64,000 nt of DNA from a virus. The translations under genes were made by a program, and so were the position numbers. Where the stretch lies: the IMG/VR virus record IMGVR_UViG_3300029258_001308, positions 1-64,000 of that record; one strand, written 5' to 3'. Of the stretch, positions 9,558 through 19,223 are shown in pieces. The notes below the pieces were generated by a model. The model did no database searches. It saw nothing but the letters and a program-made list of their open reading frames with translations, and was not told the origin of the DNA. The first letter of the stretch is position 1. Each line of letters starts with the position of its first letter.

Positions 9558-9850
9558 ACGTCGATCTCCCTTCCGAACTTCTTCGCGTTCCTGCGACGCA
9601 GCTTGATAACCTTCTTCCCTGTGAGGGGTGGCGGGTTATCCCCCTGCCGGTCGATCCAAGCCTTGACCTCGGACCACAGCCAGCGGTACTTGTTCCTCGC
9701 GAGTCTCTTGGGCTGGGGGAAGTCGTTCCTTCTCTCCCTTGCCTTGACACGCACCTGCCTCTGGCTTATCCCCAATATACGCCCTAGTTCTGAGGCGGAC
9801 AGGAGCTGGTCGGGAGGGGGGAGCCCGGAGTCCCTATGAACCCTAGCCAC
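9554..9850 (-). CDS. AlpA/excisionase-like HTH DNA-binding protein
   Basis: LLSASELGRILGISQRQV...FPQP...RWLWSEVKAWI. Confidence 0.8.
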   Translation of the reverse strand: MARVHRDSGLPPPDQLLSASELGRILGISQRQVRVKARERRNDFPQPKRLARNKYRWLWSEVKAWIDRQGDNPPPLTGKKVIKLRRRNAKKFGREIDV

Positions 9851-10643
9851 GGGGGTGTAGCTCCTTGATCCAGTAGTATCTGCCTATCCCGATAGCATCC
9901 GTCACGTCGTTAGAGTCGGACGTTATTCCGAAGTCCTCCTTGACTCGCTTTGCCGTTACTTCCTTGGACACCTGGCCTTTCCACTTAGCTGGCGTTAGCA
10001 TCGTGGCCGTGAAGCCCATTCCCTGGGCCTGTCCTACTATGGCACCTGTCACCATGGCCAGTTTCAGGAGGTCGCCTGAGAGAGCTGCCCGTCGACTTCG
10101 CTTCGATCCCGCCCATACTTCGGGGGCCTCTACTACGACGCGTGTGACACCAGCTATACGCTTCCCTGAGAACAGACGCGAGACTATCTTAGGTATGCGC
10201 GCATAGGCCTTGTCGTCGTCTCCTTTGACGCCATCGACTGTACCATACATCTGCGGCTTCGGTATACGGCCCATGTGTGTCTCGATCCGCTCTCGCGGGT
10301 CCCACTTGCAGAAGGCGAGCTTATGCGCACGAGAGCTCGGGTCCACGGACAGAAGCGAGCCGTACCGAGGACCCCCTAGCCGTTCGATCGCGTAGAGTAC
10401 GACTTCGTCCCAGGAGTACAGGGCCTCCTGCGCACGAGGTCCTGGACGTCCGCGTACCTTCATCTTGGGAGCTCGCTTGTCGCCCCCTTTCGATAGGTAC
10501 CTTAGCTGCCGTACATCCAGGCCTAGGTACTCGGCCGCTACGCTAGCTGGCACTAGCTTCCCGCTGGCCATGCCCTTCTCTCGAGCCCGCCTTTTCCCGG
10601 CCTTCTCTGTGGTCGCCCTCTTCCCTGATCGCTTGATCTTCAT
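9843..10643 (-). CDS. RuvC-like Holliday junction resolvase with N-terminal HTH
   Basis: LSVDP, VVVE, PAKWKG.VSK and DVTDAIGIG catalytic pattern; N-terminal AAEYLGLDVRQL HTH. Confidence 0.8.
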   Translation of the reverse strand: MKIKRSGKRATTEKAGKRRAREKGMASGKLVPASVAAEYLGLDVRQLRYLSKGGDKRAPKMKVRGRPGPRAQEALYSWDEVVLYAIERLGGPRYGSLLSVDPSSRAHKLAFCKWDPRERIETHMGRIPKPQMYGTVDGVKGDDDKAYARIPKIVSRLFSGKRIAGVTRVVVEAPEVWAGSKRSRRAALSGDLLKLAMVTGAIVGQAQGMGFTATMLTPAKWKGQVSKEVTAKRVKEDFGITSDSNDVTDAIGIGRYYWIKELHPRG

Positions 10644-10684
10644 GATCCTCTCCCTGTGCGTATCCGAACGAATCGACGCGCGCC

Positions 10685-11283
10685 ATTATAACCGTGTGTA
10701 GCTGTCCCGGCCATGTCAATGTTAGCGAGATACCAATCACCAGAAAGCAATAAGTAAAAAGTAGCCGTACCCGGAAGGACGTAGTAACTAAAGGTCCGTT
10801 TCTCGTATCTCGTGGTAACCCTCGGATAGTTACCAATAATAATCACCACATATTACTACTACTACTACTACTAACTAATAAACTGTTTCTTCTTCTATTT
10901 ATTACTTCTTGCAATCTGGTAATTGGTAACTCCCCGTCCATAGACCCGTTCTGCTAAGACCCCGGAGACCCCCCGCTCGTAAGTCTAAGCAGGAATCTCA
11001 GCGACAGTCGGCACAAGTTACTCCCGGAGGATTCTGGGACCCCCCACATCCCCCTCTCCCGTCCTCTCTCACGGGGGACTCGCTATCCTGGCCGTACATA
11101 CCCCCGAGGACCCGAGTCCGAGACTTTCCTCCACAGTACACTGTGTCCCGTGCGTCTAGTCCCTCGAATCTCGCTACGTCCCCCGCTTCCTATATATGAT
11201 ACCTTATTATACCGCCAGACCGCCGAGTGCAGAGCCCCTCGTGGAATCGGCCATGGACAAGGACCATACACAGGTCCTATAAT
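10685..11283. promoter_or_regulatory. Divergent AT-rich control region with promoters on both strands and a (TAC)n tract
   Basis: Strand switch point; TATAAT at 10685-10690 (-); CCATGGACAA...TATAAT at 11251-11283 (+); TAC repeat at 10854-10873; inverted repeat TGGTAAC/GTTACCA at 10813-10835. Confidence 0.7.
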
Positions 11284-11325
11284 ACAGGCCGTACCCGCTA
11301 CAGGCCAGAACATGGGAGGTGTGAC

Positions 11326-11589
11326 ATGGCAGGCGAGACAGGCAGAGAGCCCACTCCGTGGGAGCAGCTACTCGAGCAGGTCAAGGAGATCGAGGGTGAG
11401 TCCAACTCGATGCTGGGTGACACGGCAGCCCTCAGGAATCATCTGATGGGACCCGTACCCGAGGCAGCAGACGACGGGACGGAGCCTTCCTCAGACGGTC
11501 TCCTCGACGACATGCGGATCAGGCTCAGGAACACCATGTCCCGAATCACCGAGTCGAGGGAGATCATACGCAAGCTGAGGAACGGGTAG
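11326..11589 (+). CDS. Hypothetical helical protein (paralog of next gene)
   Basis: GGAGGT RBS; shares W..L, LR.H.MGP and R.LR motifs with 11637..11915. Confidence 0.75.
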   Translation: MAGETGREPTPWEQLLEQVKEIEGESNSMLGDTAALRNHLMGPVPEAADDGTEPSSDGLLDDMRIRLRNTMSRITESREIIRKLRNG

Positions 11590-11636
11590 CTCCGTCCCCC
11601 GTCCCACGTCCATCTACCCTAGCTAAGGAGACAGTC

Positions 11637-11915
11637 ATGCCCAAGGGAAACGAGGAGAAGAAGGACGCCGTTTCCAAGTGGGACTCGCTGGTGAGGCTGA
11701 GCCACGAGCTTCGCGTCGAGGCCGTCAACCTCAGAGACCTGACCCTCGAACTCCGCACCCACATCATGGGCCCGCTTGACACCTCCGCCAAAGACGAGAA
11801 GTGCAAAGTGGCTGAGACCCCCGCCTCCCTCTACGAGGAGATTCGTGCCACGCTCCACGAGGCCATGAGCCTGATGACCGATGCCAAGGACCGTGTCAGA
11901 GAGCTCAGGTCCTAG
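11637..11915 (+). CDS. Hypothetical helical protein (paralog of previous gene)
   Basis: AAGGAG RBS; similarity to previous ORF. Confidence 0.75.
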   Translation: MPKGNEEKKDAVSKWDSLVRLSHELRVEAVNLRDLTLELRTHIMGPLDTSAKDEKCKVAETPASLYEEIRATLHEAMSLMTDAKDRVRELRS

Positions 11916-11916
11916 C

Positions 11917-12303
11917 ATGCCGGGAGGAAAGATACCAGGGGCATTGCCCCCCACTCGCACCAGCCCGGTCTGCCGGGAGTGTCCACTCGACCGGTCGTGC
12001 TGCGACCCGGTGTGCATGTCCACCATGAAGCGGGACTGGGACGAGCGCATCCCTGACCACATCCTAATGAAGGCTATCTTCCTCAGGGTGGCTCGTCCCT
12101 CCCGCATACCCTCGACCCATCCCTGGCGATACGCCTATCGCTGCCTGTGGTACGATCCGAACCGCAAGGCCTGTCGTAACTACGAGAGGCGCCCGTATAT
12201 CTGTCGCTCATATCTGTGTGATAAAGCTATCCCGAAGGAGGTTCACGATGTCGACCAGCGGAAACATACCAGTCCTGGTGTCGAGAGGACGGTGCCTGCC
12301 TGA
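11917..12303 (+). CDS. YkgJ-family (CxxCxxCC) Fe/Zn-cluster protein
   Basis: CRECPLDRSCC...RCLWYD...CRNYERRPYICRSYLC. Confidence 0.75.
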   Translation: MPGGKIPGALPPTRTSPVCRECPLDRSCCDPVCMSTMKRDWDERIPDHILMKAIFLRVARPSRIPSTHPWRYAYRCLWYDPNRKACRNYERRPYICRSYLCDKAIPKEVHDVDQRKHTSPGVERTVPA

Positions 12304-13159
12304 GGCGTGGGAACGCTCGCTCATCGAGCTCTACAGAAACGGGTGCAACGTCAGCACCCAGTACGACAAGCCGGGTGACCCGCCGTCCAAGGACGCCACC
12401 CACATCACCGTGGTCGACGACCCTCTGTGCGATCCGTGCATCCATCGTGCCTTCCCGGGCGGATTAGAAGACCTGGAGGAGTACCGCCTCGAGGTCGTTG
12501 AGGGTATCAAGGACCACTGGGTCCGTGACCCGAACAACCCCGAGGACACTCGCTGGGAGTACACGTACCACGGCAGGCTGACCGCCTACGACATGTATGC
12601 ACTGATCGAGAGGAAGGTCGGCGTGGAGAGCACTCGACACTTGAGCGTCCAGGCCGTCAAGGTCGATCAGCTCGAGGACATGGTCCAGGCTCTCGCCTCC
12701 TGTACCTATACAAGGCGCGCCACGGTCTCGACCTGGAATCCTTATCACGACGTCGGCATCAGCGACCCGCCGTGTCTCCAGTCCATCTGGTGCCGCATCC
12801 TTCCCGACGGCACTGGCCGACTCCAGCTGAACATGAATGTCCGCTTCCGGTCAAGAGATGCGTACGACGCGGCGTTCATGAACATGTGGGCCTTCATCGA
12901 TCTACAGGCCCACATCGCCGAGCGTGTCTCCATTCTGATCGACCAGCCGGTCTACGTCGGGCGGTACTGCGACTTCTCCGATTCGTATCACATCTACGGC
13001 TCCCGCTTGGCCCACTTCGAGGAGTCGTTCATGAAGATGATACGCGACCGGAAGTTCGAGGACCGCACCTGGACCCGCGAGTTCGCGCAGCCGTTCTTCG
13101 ACGAGGCCCGCCCGAAGATCATGGCTAAGGTCGCCGAGTACGACGGAAGGAAGAAGTAG
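12248..13159 (+). CDS. thyA: Thymidylate synthase (ThyA fold, Asn-type, divergent/archaeal-like)
   Basis: TRRA, PPCLQ catalytic Cys, FRSRD.....MN, SYHIY. Confidence 0.85.
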   Translation: MSTSGNIPVLVSRGRCLPEAWERSLIELYRNGCNVSTQYDKPGDPPSKDATHITVVDDPLCDPCIHRAFPGGLEDLEEYRLEVVEGIKDHWVRDPNNPEDTRWEYTYHGRLTAYDMYALIERKVGVESTRHLSVQAVKVDQLEDMVQALASCTYTRRATVSTWNPYHDVGISDPPCLQSIWCRILPDGTGRLQLNMNVRFRSRDAYDAAFMNMWAFIDLQAHIAERVSILIDQPVYVGRYCDFSDSYHIYGSRLAHFEESFMKMIRDRKFEDRTWTREFAQPFFDEARPKIMAKVAEYDGRKK

Positions 13160-13735
13160 CATGGCAAAGACATTCGGCCACAGCACAGGCGCGTGCTCGG
13201 TCTTCGGCCTTGTCCACAGGTTCAACAAGGTCACTCTTGGCCTTGCCGACCCTCAGCTCGAAGTTACATGCTGTGCATGCGGAGTCGTCCGTGTCAAGAC
13301 TCCGAAGAGCTGGGTCCACATCTACACCGATGGAACGGTGAAGCAGAAACCGAGGAAGGCCAAGTCATGAGCTGGGTGACCGCCTTCCTACTCGGACTCA
13401 TAGCCGGGGTACTCTGGGGCCAGGCCTCGGTCTTCTCCTGGCTCAAGCGCAAGCGTCGCATCAAGTCCGGCGGCTGGTGGTACACAGCCGAGGAGGACCC
13501 CGATGTGTGAGCGATGCCAGTACGACGAGATCGCCCATTGCTTCGACGCCACGGCTGCTGGAGCCAAGCGCATGGCCGAGTACATGAGGCTCTGCGGTAC
13601 TACCATGGAGCAGGCTACTAAGAACTTCCAGAACGCGGGCTTCGGCCGTCGGACCCCGACCACGAAGCGCCGTGACTACGTGCCTCACTACGACCGTGGC
13701 GGCCTAGACCGTGCACGTGCGAGAGGAACAGACTG

Positions 13736-14095
13736 ATGCCTAAGACCACCGTCGTCAACAAGCGCAAGGAGAAGTTCGACGTCTACATCGGTCGTCCTTC
13801 CAAGTGGGGCAACCCGTACCAGATCGGGCCCGATGGCTCACGTGCCGAGGTCATCGAGGCTTTCCACCGCTTCATCCTCAAGCGGCCCAAGCTTCTCTAC
13901 GCGCTGAAGGACCTAAGAGGCAAGAAGCTCGGATGCTACTGTGCCCCGAAGCCGTGCCATGGTGATGTGCTCGCCCGCTTAGCTGACCTACCGTGTGTAC
14001 CGTGCGACTGCTCGGGGATATGTCCACTGGCCTTCGATCTCGAGGTCGTGGACCCGAACTGTAACATGGATTTCGAGGATGACGACATTGGCTAA
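13736..14095 (+). CDS. DUF4326 family protein
   Basis: VYIGRPSKWGNPY...LRGKKLGCYCAPKPCHGDVL. Confidence 0.85.
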   Translation: MPKTTVVNKRKEKFDVYIGRPSKWGNPYQIGPDGSRAEVIEAFHRFILKRPKLLYALKDLRGKKLGCYCAPKPCHGDVLARLADLPCVPCDCSGICPLAFDLEVVDPNCNMDFEDDDIG

Positions 14096-14549
14096 GTCGG
14101 GTACCTACCATCCCGCCGTCTGTCCCAAGTGCCGACACAAGTGGGACGAGTACTTCGAGTACGGGTGCTACTGGAAGAAGGTCCGCTGCCCCGAGTGCAA
14201 CAACGTGTTCGGCACCGGCCTTCGTCGGCGAGGCTGTCGTCATCCGCGCTGGCAGTTCGCTGGTGGCATCCGCGGAGGCAGAGCCGAGTGGTGCCCGAAC
14301 TGTGGAGCCCTGGCCTACAAGAGGAAAGGCAAGCGGCGTGTCATCACGTACCCCAAGCGACGCTCGGTGTAGGAACTGCTGGCTGTCCAGGTTCCCCACC
14401 GGTAAGGAAGACCCCGATGTCATCCGTCAGTTCGACAACCCACGGCTGTGCGACGCCCGGACCCAGATCGTCGAGGCCGATAACGATGCGACGCACTGTC
14501 GTCACTATATCTCGGAGATCGAAGCGCTGAAGCGCGTGAGGAGAGGGAT

Positions 14550-15380
14550 ATGAAAGCCGAACATGATGGCATCTGGCTGACGGTATCGAGAGAGGACGAC
14601 ATCAAGAGCGGGTGGACTCTAGACATTCGCGGCATGCGCCCAGAGTCCGTGGCCTTTCTGGTCAGAAAGATCGAAGAGTACGAGTCTCGCCTCGAGCATC
14701 AGTTGACCTACTGCGTGTACTGCGGGAAGGCCTTTCCAGTCGATACTCATGCCGGCGAAGCTATCTCGCATCATATCCGGTCGTGTCCCAAGCACCCGCT
14801 CAAGGAGGCCATGGACCTGCTCTCGGGCATCCGCATCCACCAGGGAGACACGGGCTACTCTCTCAGGTTCTCGAACCCTGAAGACCCCGCAGCCTTCTGG
14901 GAGATCAACCTCACTGCCGACTTCAAGCCCGGCTCTATCCTCGTCATGGATCAGTGGAGGCAGAGGCACAAGAACTTCCTGTACAAGGAGCTGTACTCGC
15001 AGGGCACCGATCTCCTAACCGAGATTGACGAGGCCATCGAGAAAGTTTCTGAGGTCCCGACAGTCAGCTGCCTCTCCAGGGGATGCGGCTGGGAAGGACC
15101 TGCCTCCGAGTGCAAGCCCAGCATGTCGATCTACTCGGACATGCGGTGCCCGAAGTGCGGCACCTCTAACCTCGACACGTCAGACTGCTTGGCCAAGGAC
15201 CCGAACTATGGGTACGGCGAAGACAACTCGCTACACATCGAGACCAAGCCCAGACCCGACGACATGTGTCAGACGTGTAAGAAGCGAGAGGGCTCTGCCC
15301 GTACGCATCACGGTCTCCCGTCCGGGACTCACTGTGATCCGTGCTGGGCCGAGCTACTGGACGACTATCGGAAGGGATAG
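14550..15380 (+). CDS. Multi-zinc-finger hypothetical protein
   Basis: CVYC...H...C..H; C...GCGW.G...CPKC; C..C...C..C. Confidence 0.65.
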   Translation: MKAEHDGIWLTVSREDDIKSGWTLDIRGMRPESVAFLVRKIEEYESRLEHQLTYCVYCGKAFPVDTHAGEAISHHIRSCPKHPLKEAMDLLSGIRIHQGDTGYSLRFSNPEDPAAFWEINLTADFKPGSILVMDQWRQRHKNFLYKELYSQGTDLLTEIDEAIEKVSEVPTVSCLSRGCGWEGPASECKPSMSIYSDMRCPKCGTSNLDTSDCLAKDPNYGYGEDNSLHIETKPRPDDMCQTCKKREGSARTHHGLPSGTHCDPCWAELLDDYRKG

Positions 15381-15382
15381 CC

Positions 15383-15862
15383 ATGCCGAAGAAGAAGAAG
15401 GATCACATGATCGTTGGCTTCACTGGCACCCAGATCGGGATGACCCCGTTCCAGCTCAAGTGGGTCAGAAAGATTCTGACTGATCTGGCTCCTAAGGCTC
15501 TCCATCACGGAGACTGCGTCGGGGCTGATGCCGAGGCCCACGAGATCGCTCTAAGCCTCGACATCCCGATCATCGGTCACCCACCCCTGAAGTCCTCGAA
15601 GCAGGCATTCTGCCGAGGCTTCGAGGAGCTCCGCGATCCCAAGCCTTACCTCGAGAGGAATCACGACATAGTAGACGAGTGTCACGTCCTTATAGCCGCG
15701 CCAGCTACCCCACATCAGCGCCGTAGGTCCGGGACCTGGGCAACGTATCGTTACGCTCACAAGACCTGGAAGCCGACGTACCTGGTGTATCCCATCCCTC
15801 AGGAGGTCTGCGTGGTTCAGACCCTCTACGGGGAGGACGGAGCGGAGGTGTCGTGGCGGTGA
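15383..15862 (+). CDS. SLOG-superfamily (YspA/DprA-like) nucleotide-binding protein
   Basis: VGFTG, LHHGDCVGADAEAH, ERNHDIV, RSGTWAT.RYA. Confidence 0.75.
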   Translation: MPKKKKDHMIVGFTGTQIGMTPFQLKWVRKILTDLAPKALHHGDCVGADAEAHEIALSLDIPIIGHPPLKSSKQAFCRGFEELRDPKPYLERNHDIVDECHVLIAAPATPHQRRRSGTWATYRYAHKTWKPTYLVYPIPQEVCVVQTLYGEDGAEVSWR

Positions 15863-16071
15863 GCCTGAGCAACCTACACTGCGGTCGTTGCCACGCTCGG
15901 TTCTGCATCAAGTGCGACGGCACCGGAATCGCTGGACCTGTCGGCGCTTTCGGCCGCTGTAAGGCCTGCGACGGGAAGGGCTTTCAGAAGGACAAGACGG
16001 AGATGGGCCCCGACGATATAGCACCAGAGGACATTCTCTGTAAGGACTGTCGGAAGGAGCTCCACCCATGA
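15859..16071 (+). CDS. Small Zn-finger protein (CxxCxGxG repeats)
   Basis: CIKCDGTG...CKACDGKG. Confidence 0.6.
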   Translation: MSLSNLHCGRCHARFCIKCDGTGIAGPVGAFGRCKACDGKGFQKDKTEMGPDDIAPEDILCKDCRKELHP

Positions 16072-16382
16072 AGAAGGCGAAGGAATATGCGGCAGACTTC
16101 GTAGCACGTGTTGGCCGCGGTGAAGACCCCGTGAAGTGCGCAGGAGACGTAGCTCGAGCCATGACCCTGGAGATCGAGGACATAGGCAAGATGCGACACG
16201 CGAAATCCTCCGAGGCTCTTACGGCAATAGTGCTAGAGCAGTCCAGGAAGTGGAAGGCCTTCGTGGCCAGGGTCCCGGAAAAGTTTAGCCTCAGTCCCTC
16301 TGGCTTCGCGCTTTACTTCAAGACTCACATGGAGGCGACGGCGAAAGAGATGCCTGTGGACGTTCTGAATCAGATGCTCTAG
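16068..16382 (+). CDS. Hypothetical protein
   Basis: AAGGAG RBS; ATGA coupling. Confidence 0.65.
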   Translation: MKKAKEYAADFVARVGRGEDPVKCAGDVARAMTLEIEDIGKMRHAKSSEALTAIVLEQSRKWKAFVARVPEKFSLSPSGFALYFKTHMEATAKEMPVDVLNQML

Positions 16383-16412
16383 GGAGGAAGCGACGAGGGG
16401 CAAGGGGGGGGA

Positions 16413-16478
16413 CTGTTGAACAAGCCAACAGTCATCAACAGAAGTCAACAGTTCTCAACAGTCGGCAACAGTCAACAG
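16413..16478 (+). repeat. CAACAG iteron-like array at 10-bp spacing
   Basis: CAACAG at 16426, 16436, 16446, 16456, 16466 and 16473; inverted copy CTGTTG at 16413; intergenic. Confidence 0.85.
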
Positions 16479-16499
16479 TCGCTGGCGAGGGGAGAAGCC

Positions 16500-16925
16500 A
16501 TGGCAAGCCCGATACCGAATCACAAGGATGAGGAATGGCACATCTGGGCCAGCCCGGATTGGAACGATGGATACATGGCCGACTTCTCAGCGCTGGCCAC
16601 GGAGCCACGACCGACCGAGCTAACCGAAGACTCGCCGCGTCGAGACACTCTTCTCGGTCCCAAGGCGGAGGTCCTCGGTTCGAGCGAGTGGATGCGAGTG
16701 GACTTAGGCGATCTCGCTCTCATGGCCGCCGCCCCTATCGGGTACCGCATGGCTCGCGCCATCCTGCATCACAAGGGGTCGATCGGGGTCCCCGACCTTG
16801 TAGCTGATGCAGAGGCGTTCATGAAAAAGATTGTGGAGTCCATGGACAAACTGGGCACCACGGTATATAATGATGTCGACCCGCTAGGCCCCGAGGCAGA
16901 CGAGTTCGCGGAGATGGAGAAGTGA
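16500..16925 (+). CDS. Hypothetical protein
   Basis: GGGGAG RBS. Confidence 0.6.
   Translation: MASPIPNHKDEEWHIWASPDWNDGYMADFSALATEPRPTELTEDSPRRDTLLGPKAEVLGSSEWMRVDLGDLALMAAAPIGYRMARAILHHKGSIGVPDLVADAEAFMKKIVESMDKLGTTVYNDVDPLGPEADEFAEMEK
16843..16871 (+). promoter_or_regulatory. Promoter TGGACA-N17-TATAAT
   Basis: CCATGGACAA...TATAAT, same as the 11251 and 37641 sites. Confidence 0.7.
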
Positions 16926-17571
16926 GTACTCAGACCGAGTCAGGTTTCTGCGGCATCATCTTCGGGGTGCTGATCATCATGGGCGTGCTCTGCTATCTGG
17001 GCTGCTCGCTCAAGGCAGCGGCCTGGACGACCGGAATCTTTCTAGCACTAGGCTTAGTAGCTACCATCGTCCACAAGCTCAGTCACGAGGAAGAGGGATG
17101 ACCGAACCTCTCAAGCTCATCATGGGTCACTGGTGGAAGCGGGTCATCTGCTGGGTGCGCGGTCATCGCTGGTTCGACCTGAACGTGATGACAAGGACGC
17201 CGATACTCGATATGCTGGGGATCAAGGACGAGACGAAGATATGTCTGCGGTGCGGAAAGGTGAAGAGATGACTGACTCGATAGTAGGCCAGAAGAGACTG
17301 GTCATCGTCATCCAGGCATCGGGTACGTACCCCGTTACCCGTGTCTTCTTCCAGAGGCCGACCGATACAGTGGACGAGATGCACGGCGACAAGTTCTGTG
17401 TCAAGCACCCGTCCCGTATGGCCGAGGCCCAGAAGATCACGCCTCTTCGTCCGCAGTGGACTGAGGGCATCTGTCAGAACCCGCACTGCTGGAAGGTCAA
17501 GAACGAAGAGCCGTGTCATCGCTATCGCGGAAGAGTGGAGTTCGACGACGTTCTCTAGAAAGGAGATCGCC

Positions 17572-17997
17572 ATGAGAAGTGTCTCGAAGTTCGCAGTGCT
17601 GTTCCTTGTGTTGGTCCTGGTAGCCGGGTGCGCTTCGATGAATGTCCAGAGGTCGGGCATTCGGGGAGCGGCGGACGTCATCACAACCGTCCGGCTCGAC
17701 AAGGTCGACGTGGACAAGGTGGATGACGAGCTGGCATCCATCAGAACCGTGACCGAGAAGATACTCGCCTACCTGGAAGAGGCGAGCATCATCGATCTCT
17801 CGGCGCTTGAGGACATACTCAAGCAACAGCTCGACGCCAAGTTCCATCCCTTCATCGAAGAGGGCGTCGAGGAGCTGAGACGGTTTGTCAAGAACGTGAA
17901 CATCAAGCCCTCCAATAAGAAGCGGGGCATCGCGTTCTGTCGCGGCATCCTCAAGTCATGCGACTTGTACGACAAGACGGACCGCGACGATGACTGA
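17572..17997 (+). CDS. Lipoprotein
   Basis: AAGGAG RBS; signal peptide with lipobox LVAG-C. Confidence 0.75.
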   Translation: MRSVSKFAVLFLVLVLVAGCASMNVQRSGIRGAADVITTVRLDKVDVDKVDDELASIRTVTEKILAYLEEASIIDLSALEDILKQQLDAKFHPFIEEGVEELRRFVKNVNIKPSNKKRGIAFCRGILKSCDLYDKTDRDDD

Positions 17998-18164
17998 CGA
18001 GTGCGAGCACGACTTCGAGGTTCGTCGCGAGACAGACGAGAAGGTCATCCGCATCTGTGCATGGTGCGGGGAGATTCAGTTCTGTTGGAAGAAGATAGAG
18101 GGTCTCGAGGACGGTAGTTCCCAGGAGACCCTCCAAGTTTACCGCCGGATACCGGGGAGGAAGC

Positions 18165-18791
18165 ATGGAGCCGAACGAGACTGAGGGAGAGTTGAAGTTC
18201 GGGGACGAGAGCGAGATGGCAGCTCGCCTCAGAAAGGTCCTCGGTGTCGGACCGTACGAGCAAGTCCACGTCCGGATGCCGCAGTTCGGACGTATCGACG
18301 GCCGAGAGATCGTGCACTACCCCGAGACCGAGGAGGACTGGAAGCAGCTGCCGACCTTGCCTCGCATAGCACTGGTCGAGCTGGGTCTCCAGCAGTGGGA
18401 CCCCGGTCATTGGCTCTATCCGGGCGAGTGGTACGAGCACATTCCGACGGGCCATCCCATCGTCGACATCTGTGGCGACAAGGAGCTCTTCGTTCCCGGT
18501 CAGACCGACGACGACCGTCGCTTCGGGGCACTGGCCTACGGCTTCAAGCGCGAAGAGCAGGAGGATGAGCTGGCGTGGTTCTGTCAGTCTCGGTCCATCA
18601 ACGTCCCCGACGACTACTGTGGCAAGCCAGCCGTGGACCGAGGCAAGTTCTGCAAAGCACACACGTGTGTCTTCGGTACGTGTCGAGATGAAGCCACTGC
18701 TATCTACCCGCTTCTCCCCGGAGAACCGGGCTTCTGCGCCACGCACCACGTGCCGCAGTACACAAGGAACTGGGGAGTCGATCAGAGCTAG
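18165..18791 (+). CDS. Hypothetical protein with C-terminal Cys/His cluster
   Basis: GGAGG RBS; coding-like codon use. Confidence 0.65.
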   Translation: MEPNETEGELKFGDESEMAARLRKVLGVGPYEQVHVRMPQFGRIDGREIVHYPETEEDWKQLPTLPRIALVELGLQQWDPGHWLYPGEWYEHIPTGHPIVDICGDKELFVPGQTDDDRRFGALAYGFKREEQEDELAWFCQSRSINVPDDYCGKPAVDRGKFCKAHTCVFGTCRDEATAIYPLLPGEPGFCATHHVPQYTRNWGVDQS

Positions 18792-18803
18792 GAGAGAGGT
18801 ACC

Positions 18804-19223
18804 ATGCAGGACGCAGTCTTAGGTTTCGCGTTCGACCCCAGCTCGGGCAAGGTGGCTCTGATCAAGAAGATCAAGCCGGCCTGGCAGTGCGGCCGTATCA
18901 ACGGCGTCGGTGGAAAGGTGGAGCCGTCGGAGACACCCGCACAAGCAATCGTGCGAGAGTTCAGAGAAGAGACGAGCCTCCAGATCGATGGTGACAAGTG
19001 GGAGCATGTGTTCACCTTCTTCGAGAACGGGTGGGGAGTCTGGGTCTACCGGGCTCGCGTTGACCTCTCGCACATCAGGTCACCTGAAGAGGAGAAGGTA
19101 GAACTGTACGACCCCACTGATCTGCCGGTGTCGGTGATGTCTAACCTCCGTTGGATCGTGCCGCTCCTGGCCTTCGAGGAAGTACAACATCCGTTCGCAA
19201 TCTGGACAGGGAGACCGAAATGA
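18804..19223 (+). CDS. Nudix hydrolase
   Basis: Nudix box GGKVEPSETPAQAIVREFREETSL. Confidence 0.9.
   Translation: MQDAVLGFAFDPSSGKVALIKKIKPAWQCGRINGVGGKVEPSETPAQAIVREFREETSLQIDGDKWEHVFTFFENGWGVWVYRARVDLSHIRSPEEEKVELYDPTDLPVSVMSNLRWIVPLLAFEEVQHPFAIWTGRPK

Noticed and set aside
9554-9850. Integration/excision module (prophage)
   Set aside because: AlpA-like and XRE genes are present, but no integrase, att site or host genes are visible, so lifestyle cannot be called.
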